DNA of 64,000 nt from Octopus bimaculoides (taxonomy: Eukaryota), in assembly GCF_001194135.2 (NCBI RefSeq), contig NC_068987.1:47817420-47881419 (forward strand), written 5' to 3'. Position numbers and translations under genes: made by a program. Under the pieces are notes generated by a model that searched no databases, was not told the DNA's origin, and worked only from the letters and a program-made list of their open reading frames with translations. Of the stretch, positions 13,538 through 25,604 are shown one piece after another. The first letter of the stretch is position 1; each line of letters begins with the position of its first letter.

Positions 13538-13540
13538 GTG
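9720..13540 (+). mobile_element. Head-to-tail array of ~12 tRNA-derived SINE units (Meta/MESC-like core) separated by (ATT)n
   Basis: Units contain an A-box-like TGGCAGAATCG, a B-box GAGTTCAAATTCC, a core GAGGTCGACTTTGCCTTTCATCCTTTCGGGGTCGATAAAATAAGTACCAG and tails ending CCTTGTGCC...(ATT)n. Core name is from memory. Spans gap 11978-12623. Confidence 0.85.
11978..12623. other. Assembly gap (N run)
   Basis: N characters. Confidence 1.
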
Positions 13541-14629
13541 TAGTGAGTTGACAGGAGTGGGTGAGTGATGTACAAAATGCATTGCAATTCTTACATTCCT
13601 TTGTGTTCTAAATTCAAATCCTTCTATGGTTGATTAGGTATTTTTCAAGACTCTTTCAAGATTTAATAAATTTAAGTATCAACAAAATATAATTAACTGT
13701 ACTTTTCTCCCCAAATTTGAACCTATCTAATTATATTTATTTATTTCTCTCTCTCTCTCCCTCCATATTTTTTTATAAATCAGCCCAAATTTATTTATCT
13801 TAATTGATATTATATATATATATATATATATATTGAAAGACTTTCTGTTAACTCTTAAATGTTTAACGTTGGGTAAACATCCTGACATTTTTTCATCAAC
13901 TCCCTAATTTAGTAAATTCAATCAACTACCAGCCATATGTTTGCCCCACTTCTTGTATCATAACTTGGCTTACACTTTCTCATTTTGTGCTTCCATTTTG
14001 GGAAATTTGTACTATGCATGATAATTTCCTAAGGTAAAAGAATTTGGGTGTCAACATCAAGTTCTATGTTTTGTTAGTTGCCTATTTATATAGTAATTTA
14101 CTGTAAACATTTGTGCTGTGTCATAAAAATAGAACAGCATTTCAGGTTGACCTATTTAAAGTCCACTTGTGTTTTATGGGTTACTTTTAAGCTTTGCGTC
14201 TCAAGTGTGTTGTACTGTTACTTAGACCATAACTATTCTTACTGAGTTACCCATTTTATAGTAGGTTGTATTGACATCTCATATTGTGCTTGTCAACTAA
14301 CTATCCTAAAGTAAACTGGATAAATATTCTGTGGTTTTTCTTTTTTATTTTCTTTTTATATACAATCAACCTCTATTTGTGTTACAAATTGAGTCCCCAT
14401 CTTATGTTGTTAACTGGGTCCTTATCTTCTGTGTTTGTCAACAACTTAAAAATAATACACAGGGTCAACGTGAGACCCTGATTGTAAGTACTGGTTCATC
14501 TTAAACTTATAAACTCACTCAACATAATGTTAATATTCAAAACGATCAACTTACAAATTTTGGGTTGCCAAAATATCTGAACTTAGTTTTAACAAGGAAT
14601 GTTACTATCATTATATATAAATGAATGTA

Positions 14630-14671
<42 letters not shown>

Positions 14672-15414
14672 TGCATATATAGATTCAACATATGTCAATA
14701 GGTTTCTTGAAAAAGAATGAGCCATTTTACGACTAGCTCTTTACCTTGTTAGCCTGTATTTTCTCATGAAAGGATCAATCTGTTATTGTAATATGTAGTA
14801 GTACAGACGTTGCTCTACACAATTGTCATTGCAGACTAATATCTCAGGCTATACAACATCTGTTACTGTGCAAATCTGATTCTGAATGCAATACATTCAT
14901 ATGTGACATGTTAACATTTGTCACTGTGTATTTAGTCTGGTCTGTTCTTTATTACTGTACATGTATGTAGCTGTATGCCTATTAATGCATACTGTTTCTG
15001 TGATGTGTGTTTACTGTATGTTGTAGCTGTACAGTTTGATTCCCCTTAGCTGAAAACGTTTTTTTCTTTTTCTTTGCTTTCGTTTTTTACCTGTTTTGTG
15101 TACATCTGCAGCTGTAGATATACATACAAACCTGCATATGTACATATCTCTTCTTATACATTCCTCTTAACGTCCACTTCTATTCTGGTGGGGAGTATCA
15201 TGTGATGAAGCTGAAAATAAAAATATTTAAAAAATAAATAAATAAAATAACTATTACTGTCAAGAAGATGGTTTTATTTTCTTTCTTTGGTTTTTCTTTC
15301 TTTTCTTAATGTTTTACTGTTATTTTATATTTTACTTATTTTATGTTCAGTTAAAACTTGCAAGATTGTTGTTGTTGTTATATTTTTGTTAATATCTCTA
15401 AGTAGAACATAAGA

Positions 15415-15720
15415 GCAGTGGATTGGCAGAATTGTTAAAGCACCAGACAAAATGCCATGTATTATTTCTTCTGGGTTCTAAGTTCAGAACCCACTGCAGT
15501 CAACTTTGCTTTTTATCTTTTCAACTCAATAAAATGAAGTACCAGACAACTACTGGGACCAGTTGAATGGGATGTGGGTAATCAATAACATTGACCTCAG
15601 CACTAGATCAGTGCTTTATTTTGTCAAAAGGCCGAAAAGCAGAGTTGACCTCGGCAGGATTTGAACTCAGAATATAAAAAATCAGTACTGTTAGGCATAT
15701 TTCAAATGCTCTAAATTAGA
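15415..15720. mobile_element. Two SINE units of the array family in tail-to-tail (inverted) orientation
   Basis: Plus-oriented unit ~15415-15565 followed by a minus-oriented core and head (GAGTTGACCTCGGCAGGATTTGAACTCAGAAT) at ~15590-15720. Confidence 0.65.
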
Positions 15721-18700
15721 CATAAGGTTAGTTATTCAAGAAGAATTCAGGTGGAGTGGCAAGTGGGTTTGTGTGGATGGGTGATGGCAAGGTTAGTTGA
15801 AATGACTGACTTTTGTGTATCTACAGATATTTATTTTCTCAACTCCCAGAAACATTAGTTAAAATAGTGGCTAGATTTGATCTGAGAGCATACAAGGATA
15901 AGACTAAATACTGTAATTAGCATGTTGCTAATTCAAGGTTTTGAGTTGACTAAATTGTTCAGAGGAAATAACTGCAAGACCATATAAGCAAAATTAATAT
16001 TTTATCATGAACAAGAATTGAAAAATGTATTGTTGAGCTAATGCACAATGACATCAAGAACATACAGTAGCTAATTGCTATTAGTTCAGTTGAAACTTCA
16101 TGATCTATCTATCTATCTATATATATGTGTGTGTACATACGTATGTATGTATGCATGTGTGTGTGTATATTTATATATATGTGTGTGTCTAGATGTTATA
16201 AACAAGCATCATCATCATACAATCAGTGTCTTTGTTTCCAACCTCCTGTGAAAATGTGTAGCCATGGAGAAATATCACCTTGCTTGGAAGCAGATAAAGA
16301 CTGGTGATAAGAAAGATATCCAACTATAGGAAATCTACCTCGATAAAATTCATGTGACCCATAGAAGCATAGAAAAATGAAAGTTTAAATGATGATGATG
16401 ATAGTGATATTGGAAGACAAGTTGTGTATATGATGTGGTTTATGGATGATATAACCAGATGTATTTACAATTCTTCCAGTTTAAATTACTGTGACTATGT
16501 GTCTGTGTGTTTGTATATGTGAAAGGATACAGCTGACAGTGTAATCATCTGTCAGAGAAATCAGTGAATCTGGTCCATTCTTGGAAGAAAATCAATCAAT
16601 CTCTTATTGAAAAGAATCCACTAGTTAAGGGGTTTGGGTGCAAAAGTGGGAGTTTTTTTTGTAAGGATTTTAGTGTTTCAATAGAATTTCCATTATGCAT
16701 TTTTCTACATTCTTTGAACTATGCCAGAATATAGAAATCAAAAATATGCTGGAACTTGGACAATTGCATTTTGTCATTAAAAGATTATTATTCCATGTTA
16801 TTTGATAAAATTATGATTAGCTTTAATGGTTTGGTCACCTGTTGCCTTAACAGCTATTTGGCAATATAGCACAAGTCAACAGGACACACTGGATAATGTG
16901 ATCCTAGAAACACTATGCTCGAAAAACAGATTAAAAGCTCATAACCTAAAATTCATCTTAGGTCTTCTCAATCAGGATTGACCTCAGGTTAACAAATGAT
17001 CTAGAACAATGCCATTTCTGCCGACTTTTTTTAACTAACAAGTAAGATATCTAAATTTCATAGTAATGGGGTCAGGAAGTCTAAACATTTGATTTCTAAG
17101 GCATTTTCTCAGAATTATTATCAGCAAAAGTAATGGGGAATTGAAACCAAAATGAAGTTTTGGCTTGTCTCATTGCTTGTTTTTTTGCTCACATCCCATT
17201 CTAAATAATGATGGTTTCTCGAGCATAGTTACTAATTTTGGTAAAGTATAGTTGTTTCAATTAACATAATTATGATATAATTATTCTACAGAATTTAGAG
17301 CAGTGATTTTTCAACCTTTTTTTATCCAAAGCCCAGTGAAAAAGGCACTAAAAGTGTTACAATACACTATTTTTGCTTTTTAAAAAGTTTTATTACATAA
17401 AAAGAAAACAAGTATTCAAATTGTTTTAAAAGAGATATAGGTGCTCACACTGCCTTTTGTTACTAGGGAACATACGTGCATTGTCAAAATGCACAAGCAT
17501 CAGTGAATGTACATTAAAAGCACTCAAATTTTTCTTAAATAACCAGATATTTTCTGACTCACCTCAAAAATTCATGGCCCTCAGCAACATGTAGCCAACT
17601 CTTTTTCACATGTGGGTACAGTAGGCTGGTCAGGAATATTTGGTCTGTAGGAGCACTAAAATAAGATCTTGGCTACCCAATTTTCTTTTCCAGTTGTTAC
17701 TAATCTCCTTTACTTCACTTTGGGTGTGTTCTATAACCAGTGAGATTCCATTAGACTATCACAGACATCTTCCCCTTTATGCTGTGATATCATAAGTAGT
17801 ACAATATGCACTCACAGGAGAAGCTAAACTCAGCAATTGAAGCTAACAAAACATCAAATTCATTATAGTGTCACTACTTTTGTTAGTAAGTTGCACTACT
17901 CTGTAGTATCAGTTTACAGCTATGTAGATTGGATTTCTACTTGAATAATAATTTTGAAGTTTTATATGCTCTTTTACACACACACACACACATTACATCA
18001 TATTTAGTTATATGCTACAATTTAAGTTGCTATTGATGTTCAGTTTAATTTTCTGTAGGTTGGAATATCTTAGACTATAGGACTGCTCAGTCAAGGATTA
18101 TCGAACAACTCAATTATATCAAACATATTGAGAATCTCTAACTTAACCACAAGGCCAGAGATTTTAGGAAGGGACAACTGTTTATTAGAGAGCTATGAAC
18201 AACAGATTCAATATCCATTGCTGATGAAGTGTAACGATACAGAAACACAAATGCCCTACAGTCTGATGGCATCATCACAGCCTAATGATGTAATTTTCAC
18301 ACATTGTTTATAAGGAGAATTTCTCTCCTGAATTAATTTCTACAGCAGAGCTCTTTCCATGTTTGAGTACACATGAACATGCTAAATATAACTGTACACA
18401 TATATGTAGCTGTATTTGTCATTAGTCTCTACAAATCTCCAAAGACAATAAGATGTTCTCAAAGAATAACTACACAGGCAATTCAAAAGCAAAGTGTTTT
18501 TATAATTCTTACCATTACTAATTATTTTCTGCTTCTTTTCTATTGAAAGTGAACATCATTTCGACATACTGTCAAACTTTGAGTAGTAGGTCTAACATGC
18601 TGCACAGTTTAGCAATGCAGCTTGAGCCTTGGGTACTTTTCATCAATATTTACTTGATTGCAAACATTCAAACCTGGCCTTCAGTTCTGTCTCCACTCAC

Positions 18701-19290
18701 ATTTTTCTTGCAGACATTTACCTGCAGATGGATTTCTGGTTGAGAATCAGTAGCAACAGTTTTAAACACCTACAAAAGACAGTTTTAAACACCTACAAAA
18801 GACATGCCTTTTCTATGTTCAGGCTGAACTATGATTATGTCAATCTGCTAGTCTGGGAAACCTTGGCCAAAGGTACTGGTCATAGGTACTGATCTTATTC
18901 TTAAAACAAATATTTTTTAAAAATCAACATCTCACCCCACTGACATTGTTGTCAGGGATATGGCACTAATTCATCTAATGACACCGTACTAAACAATCAA
19001 AATAAAAATGAAGATACTTTGGAGAGATGTTAGTTATTTCGCAAAATTTCTCTTTTAATTTTCTTTAAAATGTATTTGCTTTCTTTGTGCATGTTGTAAC
19101 ACCAATAAAGGAGATAGGCTTTCTAAAATTTTTCAAAACTATTTTATCTAGTTAGGAATCTTGGGATCCTAAAATATTTATTTTTCTGTATTATTTTTAT
19201 CATATATATATATGTGTCATAAATTGATGTGGAATTATTTCTCTATTCTGCAGCATTCCTAGAATATATTTTAGCATTTCTAGAAAAAAC

Positions 19291-19325
<35 letters not shown>

Positions 19326-20117
19326 CAGAAAATGGAGAACACTTTTGATCATTTCCTCCATTTTCTGATTATTTAAATTTGATTGCGGATAAACTTTTGT
19401 TTATTCAGTTATTACCTGTACCCTATGAGCATAGTATGCCTGCATACCCATGCCCAGGGATAGCTTAGGTAAATGATACCGGTAGTAATAACAGATATAC
19501 TTATCCCTTAGATAAGTTATTCCAACTGCTAATTCTGCTTACCTTATGTATATATGTATGTATGTATGTGTGTGTGTGCATATACATGTATGTATGTTTG
19601 TTTGTTTGTATGTATGTATATATGGATCAAAACAGTTTGATGCCAATTTGTTGGTACTCTGAGTTTCAAGTGTGATGCTAATCTTCAGACATTTTGAATT
19701 TGAATGAGAGAAGTTCATTGTTATTACCATAAGGTAGGCTGCGATTGTTCAAGGAAGGTCATGTGGTATCGTGGTTTGATGTTGATATATCAATGACAAC
19801 AATTACTTGGAAAATACCATGTGGTGTACAGGTAGTCAATCGCTTGGTGGACAGGAAATCAGTCATGTTGCTGGAGGAGAAGTAGGAAGGGGCAGTATGT
19901 GTAACTATATAGTTGTACATGTGAATGTGTGAACACATTTATATGGTTTTGTATGCATGTCTGTATTGCTGCAAGCATGTGCATCTCTATATGGGTGCAC
20001 ATGCAGAGACCCATACACACACACACATGCATGCACACACACACACACACACATGTACATACATACACGTGTACACGCACATGAGTATACATGTGCATAA
20101 TAAGCTTTGGGGATTGG

Positions 20118-20156
<39 letters not shown>

Positions 20157-21046
20157 NNNNNNNNNNNNNNNNNNNNNNNNNNNNNNNNNNNNNNNNNNNN
20201 NNNNNNNNNNNNNNNNNNNNNNNNNNNNNNNNNNNNNNNNNNNNNNNNNNNNNNNNNNNNNNNNNNNNNNNNNNNNNNNNNNNNNNNNNNNNNNNNNNNN
20301 NNNNNNNNNNNNNNNNNNNNNNNNNNNNNNNNNNNNNNNNNNNNNNNNNNNNNNNNNNNNNNNNNNNNNNNNNNNNNNNNNNNNNNNNNNNNNNNNNNNN
20401 NNNNNNNNNNNNNNNNNNNNNNNNNNNNNNNNNNNNNNNNNNNNNNNNNNNNNNNNNNNNNNNNNNNNNNNNNNNNNNNNNNNNNNNNNNNNNNNNNNNN
20501 NNNNNNNNNNNNNNNNNNNNNNNNNNNNNNNNNNNNNNNNNNNNNNNNNNNNNNNNNNNNNNNNNNNNNNNNNNNNNNNNNNNNNNNNNNNNNNNNNNNN
20601 NNNNNNNNNNNNNNNNNNNNNNNNNNNNNNNNNNNNNNNNNNNNNNNNNNNNNNNNNNNNNNNNNNNNNNNNNNNNNNNNNNNNNNNNNNNNNNNNNNNN
20701 NNNNNNNNNNNNNNNNNNNNNNNNNNNNNNNNNNNNNNNNNNNNNNNNNNNNNNNNNNNNNNNNNNNNNNNNNNNNNNNNNNNNNNNNNNNNNNNNNNNN
20801 NNNNNNNNNNNNNNNNNNNNNNNNNNNNNNNNNNNNNNNNNNNNNNNNNNNNNNNNNNNNNNNNNNNNNNNNNNNNNNNNNNNNNNNNNNNNNNNNNNNN
20901 NNNNNNNNNNNNNNNNNNNNNNNNNNNNNNNNNNNNNNNNNNNNNNNNNNNNNNNNNNNNNNNNNNNNNNNNNNNNNNNNNNNNNNNNNNNNNNNNNNNN
21001 NNNNNNNNNNNNNNNNNNNNNNNNNNNNNNNNNNNNNNNNNNNNNA
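20157..21046. other. Assembly gap (N run)
   Basis: N characters. Confidence 1.
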
Positions 21047-22077
21047 AAAAAAAAATAAAACAAATTATCTTTAACAAATTCCAACAACTTTTATTATTGT
21101 TTTTTCAAAATTTTAACTATTGTGTTATGTGTGTGTGTGTGTGTAAATTAGTCTGTGAAAGAAAGAATGTATTCTCATCATTGTTGCTTTCATCATCATC
21201 ATTGTTGCCTTCATCTTCATCATAGTTTCCATGTCCACTTTTCCAAGCTTGCAAAGGCAGACTTCCTTTGAGGCAGATTTTCTACCATTGGATGCCCTTC
21301 CTGTCACCAACCCTCACCTGTTCCCAAGCAAGGTAAGATTTCCCCATAATCCGTTTTTCAAGAAAGACTGAAAACAAAGGACACCACTGCTAAGACAGTG
21401 ATGGAACAAACACAAGCACATACACATATGTAGTATATACAGTGCAATACCCATTTACAAATAGTGATGATATGCTGTACAACGGCTCTATCCAGCCTAG
21501 AAAACCACTCCCTAATAGCTACTAACTCCCAATAGAATATTGCTCTCACATATGGGACAGTGATCCTAAATTGCATTCAAAGAGCAGCCACTTAAATGAT
21601 TGGCATGAAGTCAGTCACCAGTACACTCTAAACTCTGTCCCACAGACATGATGTACTCTCTCAAATTTTTCTATTGCTACTACAGGGTAACCTGCATCTT
21701 AGAGCTGGTCGACTTCATATAACCTCTATATACAGCCACTTCTGAATTATTCATCTCTGCATGCCTTGTCATCCATAGTGTCCATCCTACATAGAATATT
21801 ATTCCACTGAAATCCCTTCACTACCCAAGTTATTCTTTCAGTTGATGATGTGCAACAATTCAGGTGGAACAGTAATCACATCAACTTCATCAGACTCAGA
21901 GACCTTGCGATGCAGTGAACACAGACCCTTCCTCCAGACCAGTGATTCTCAGCTGGGGTCCATATAAGATTTTGTTGTTAAAATCTGTCTGCAATAAATT
22001 TATACATTTACAATTCACAAAATATTTTAGTAATTTTTTTTATACAACATCTAAAAATATTCAATGATAAGAATAGA

Positions 22078-22245
22078 GGTGCAGGCATGGCTGTGTGGTA
22101 AGAAGCTTGCTTCCCAACCACATGCTTTCAGGTTCAGTCCCACTGCATGGCACCTTGAGCAAGTGTCTTCTGCTATAGCCTCAGGCCAACCAAAGCCTTG
22201 TGAATGGATTTGGTAGGCGGAAACTGAAAGAAGCCTATCGTATAT
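22078..22245 (+). mobile_element. CORE-type tRNA SINE, 5' half
   Basis: tRNA-like head (TGGCTGTGTGGTAAG ... GGTTCAGTCCC) followed by GGCACCTTGAGCAAGTGTCTTC, resembling the CORE domain (octopus OR2-like, from memory). Confidence 0.75.
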
Positions 22246-22250
22246 ATGAA

Positions 22251-22362
22251 CAGTAGTCCCCCGGTATTAGCAGGGGTTATGTTCCTAGAATGACCGTGAA
22301 TAGTTAAAAACCACGTGTATTGGATGTGGTCCATAAAAATGCCTATAAATCAAAATATGATG

Positions 22363-22403
<41 letters not shown>

Positions 22404-23357
22404 TAATATTTAACAATAATTTAATAAAAAATAAAGTAAAATGTACAGTCACCCACCAATAATGAATGATATTGATTTATGATGTTGATGTGAATAATGA
22501 TGGTAATGACTGCACAGTAAAGAAGATTTAAAGCTCTTCAGATGATGCCTCTTCTTCAGATGTTTTAGGGGATGCCATATCTTCGTGCAAGGCTTTCTTG
22601 GTGCGCTTGAGGAGCATCATGATGGGAAATTACTGTTGTTGTTTCTTCATGGTGGTGAGGAGAGTTTTATGTCTGCATAGCAGCATTGATGGCATTTTTA
22701 AATTGGAGAGACCAAACCATATAGGAATCCCATGCTTCCACCTTCCCTTACAATTCCTTTACTGTCATTAAAAGGATGTTCGGTTGCCAGGCCCACCTCA
22801 TCCTCTTCCTCTGGTTCTTTCTCTTCCTCTTTGCTAACTCCAACAAATTTTTGTTTCTCAGGGTTTCAGAGTGGGCATTGATGAGGTTGTTGACCTCATC
22901 TTGTGTGATGTCGTCAAAACCTTCACCACCAAGTACCTTTGCAAGTTTCACCGCATTGGTGACAGCCTTGAGCTGAATAACTTCAGGTGAGAAGCCCTCG
23001 CAGTCTTGGACACTCTCAGGCCACACCTTCTTCCAGCATGCAATGAAGGTTTCTTTTTTCATGTCTTTAAGAGCAGCGTGGATGACTGATAGGCACATTG
23101 CAATCGTGAAGTAACGCAAGTACACCTTTAACTTGAAATTCTTGTCCAAATCCATTGAATCCACAAGGTGTTGGAGAGAGTTCTGAGTGTAAAGTGCCTT
23201 GAAGGCACGAATCACGCCTGGATCCATAGGCTGGATGAGGGAGGTGGTGTTGGCAGGGAGGAACTCGACTTGAACTCCCTCTTGTTTCAAATCCAAAGAG
23301 TGACCACCAGCATTGTCCATAACAAGCAATACCTTGAATTCCCTGCAAACATTTTGG
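22251..23357 (-). mobile_element. Tigger/pogo-family transposon, partial copy (one TIR plus transposase C-terminal part)
   Basis: TIR CAGTAGTCCCCCGGTATT at 22251. ORF 22748-23329 has LLVMDNAGGH...FLPANTTSLIQPMDPGVIRAFKALY (pogo DDE domain). Clearly homologous to 36884-40351. Confidence 0.9.
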
Positions 23358-23375
23358 AGGTGATAAACAAAGATA

Positions 23376-25259
23376 TGAGGAGGTGTTCATTACAGATTTT
23401 CCCTGACCCACTTCTGGTTATTGCATGAAACAGAACTTGTACAGGTATAATCACATGTTTCTACATGTCACATTGTGAATTGCAGCTTTCCACTAGCATT
23501 TGTTTACTTTTTATGGCTGCTGAAGTGGACTAAGGTGTTATAATGGAGGCAGTTGAATGCAGATCAGTGATCTGGTTCTTATACTCGAAAGAGACTATCG
23601 ATGAGATGAAAGAAGTTTATGGGGATCTTGTTCAAAACGGGGGCACCAGTTTTCATTTATGTTTTATGTAGTGTTTTTGGTACCGAAAGACTTTCAAACT
23701 TCATATACTTATCTATTTTGTGTTATAGAACAGAAAAAAATTTTTGTATTCGAATTTATTTCATGTAAAAAATTGTCTTATTTCGATAATTTCTACTAAT
23801 CACTGACGTCTATTCTGTTGAAAACAGTTAGCGCTGTAACGGTGTATATCGTATTAATCCCCTAACCCTAACTAGACTGTTAACCCTAAAACTAACCCTA
23901 ACTCTAGAATCCGAACTCTAAAATTGTTACACACATAGATACGCACAGCGTAATTTATTATATAAACAATATATGCGTATAAATTACGATTAAACCGGAT
24001 GAAATATGTCACAGGGAATAACATTTTTATGACCGTCCAGCAGTAACTCTATTCAGCTGAATAGACGTCAGTGATTGGTTGAAATTACAGAAATACGACA
24101 ACTTTAACATGGAATAACTTGCGATGTACGTTTTTTTGTTAAGAAGACTAAGAGTAAAAGATGTTTTATATGACACATTCTACCAGTGTCCCAAGTTTCA
24201 AAGTGTTTCGTTAAGAAAATACTGGTGCCCCCGTTTTGAACTAGATCCGTTTATGGTGATGATGCACCATTATATGAGGTCAAGTACTGACATCACCAGT
24301 TCAAATGTGGTCAGACATTGGTAGAAACTGCTTCTATTCCTGGACAACCACATTCTGCCATTGATGACAACACCATCCATAAAATAGAAGCTGCCATTTT
24401 GGAAGATCACCACATAACTATTCAGCAGCTAGCCTAAGAAGTGAAGATAAGTGGAGGGTCTGTGGAAAACATCATTCATGACCATTTGTACATGCGGAAG
24501 TTGTCTGCATGATGGATTCCCTGGATGCTCACACCTTTTCAGAAGTAGGAACAAGTCAGTTGCTACCAGGCTCTTTTGGCAATGTGCCAAGAAAATGAGG
24601 AGGACATTTTCAGCAGACTTATCACACAGGATGAAACATAAGTCCATCACTATGATCCTGAAACACAAGTCCAGTTGAAGCAATGAAAGCATGATAACTC
24701 ACCACCTCCAAAGAAGGCTTGTATCCAACCTTCAGCAGGCAAGGTAATGCTCAGTCTTTTGGGAGTAGTGATGATGGATTTTTTTGGCAAAGGACACCAC
24801 AATTAACGGGGCATATCATGCTTCTCTGCTGCAGAAATTGCAGGACACCATCAAATCAGAGAGGCATGGCATGCTGACCAAAGGAGTCCGCCTCCTCCAA
24901 GACAACGCCCCAGTTCACAATGCACATGTTGCCAAGATGAAAGCACACTCCTGCGGCTATGAAATCCTTCCTCATCTCCCTTACTCTCCAACCTCGCACC
25001 ATCTGAAATCCACCTCTTTCCAGCCATGAAGTCTTTTTTGAAGGGGAAGCACTTTTAAGATGATAATGAACATATTTTCAAGGTAAAGTCTTGGCTCCAG
25101 ACTTCTACAAATGAGGTTTTCACAGCTGTATAAAGCAATGGGAGAAATGTGTCATCATTGGTGGTGGCTATGTAGAGAAGGACTAATAATTATGCCAAGT
25201 TTCATTTATCCCAGTCCTTGGGAAGTGGGTCAGTGGAAATCTTTAATGACCACCTCTTG
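23376..25259 (+). mobile_element. Full-length decayed mariner interrupted by a MITE
   Basis: TIRs GAGGAGGTGTTCATTACAGATTTTCCCTGACCCACTTC and GAAGTGGGTCAGTGGAAATCTTTAATGACCACCTC. Transposase remnants ETIDEMKEVY|GDDAP, RLITQDET, VRLLQDNAPVHNAHV, LPHLPYSP, with many stops. Confidence 0.88.
23623..24248. mobile_element. Merlin-like MITE (GGATC...GATCC ends, 8-bp TSD) with internal CCCTAA repeats
   Basis: GTTTATGG at 23615-23622 and 24249-24256. TIR GGATCTTGTTCAAAACGGGGGCACCAG. Four CCCTAA at ~23860-23910. Both arms match the 40571-41410 element. Confidence 0.8.
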
Positions 25260-25406
25260 TGGATGTACTCCTAAAAATTATAATCTTAATGTGGTTCACA
25301 TATAATAAAACTAGCATATTTTGATGAAAATGGATAGCACAGCCCTATGGCTCACTGGATCCTGTCGAACTGTCCAACCCATGCCAGCAAGGAAAACCAA
25401 CATTAA

Positions 25407-25604
25407 CCCTTTAGCACTCAGATAACTGTCAAATGTAATGCATTTTTATTCACATTACTTTCAATTAATCATGTATTATCTTGTGGCTTCAGGTTTCAAT
25501 GAGATTATTGTTTACTTTTAGAATGACATAGTAGGGTAGTGCAAGGGGCTGGATCTGGCCAGTTTGAACATAAAACTGGTAGAATATTTGGGCTGGTTTA
25601 AATG
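25407..25604 (+). mobile_element. piggyBac-type MITE, copy 2, inserted at the TTAA of an RTE/SINE tail
   Basis: ...CAACATTAA|CCCTTTAGCACTCAG...TTTAAATG|TTAAATGATGAT; the right TIR is partly deleted. Confidence 0.7.

Noticed and set aside
9720-13540. CRISPR-like repeat/spacer appearance of the arrays
   Set aside because: Units are ~150-230 nt with Pol III A/B boxes and microsatellite tails, diverged and without unique spacers; eukaryotic context and no cas genes.
17301-17345. hAT/Charlie-like TIR starts (CAGTGATTTTTCAACC; also CAGTGGTTCCCAACC at ~56671)
   Set aside because: No partner TIR or TSD found, so element boundaries cannot be supported.
18756-18801. 23-bp perfect tandem duplication (also an 18-bp one at ~37781-37820)
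   Set aside because: Ordinary slippage-type duplications with no associated structure.
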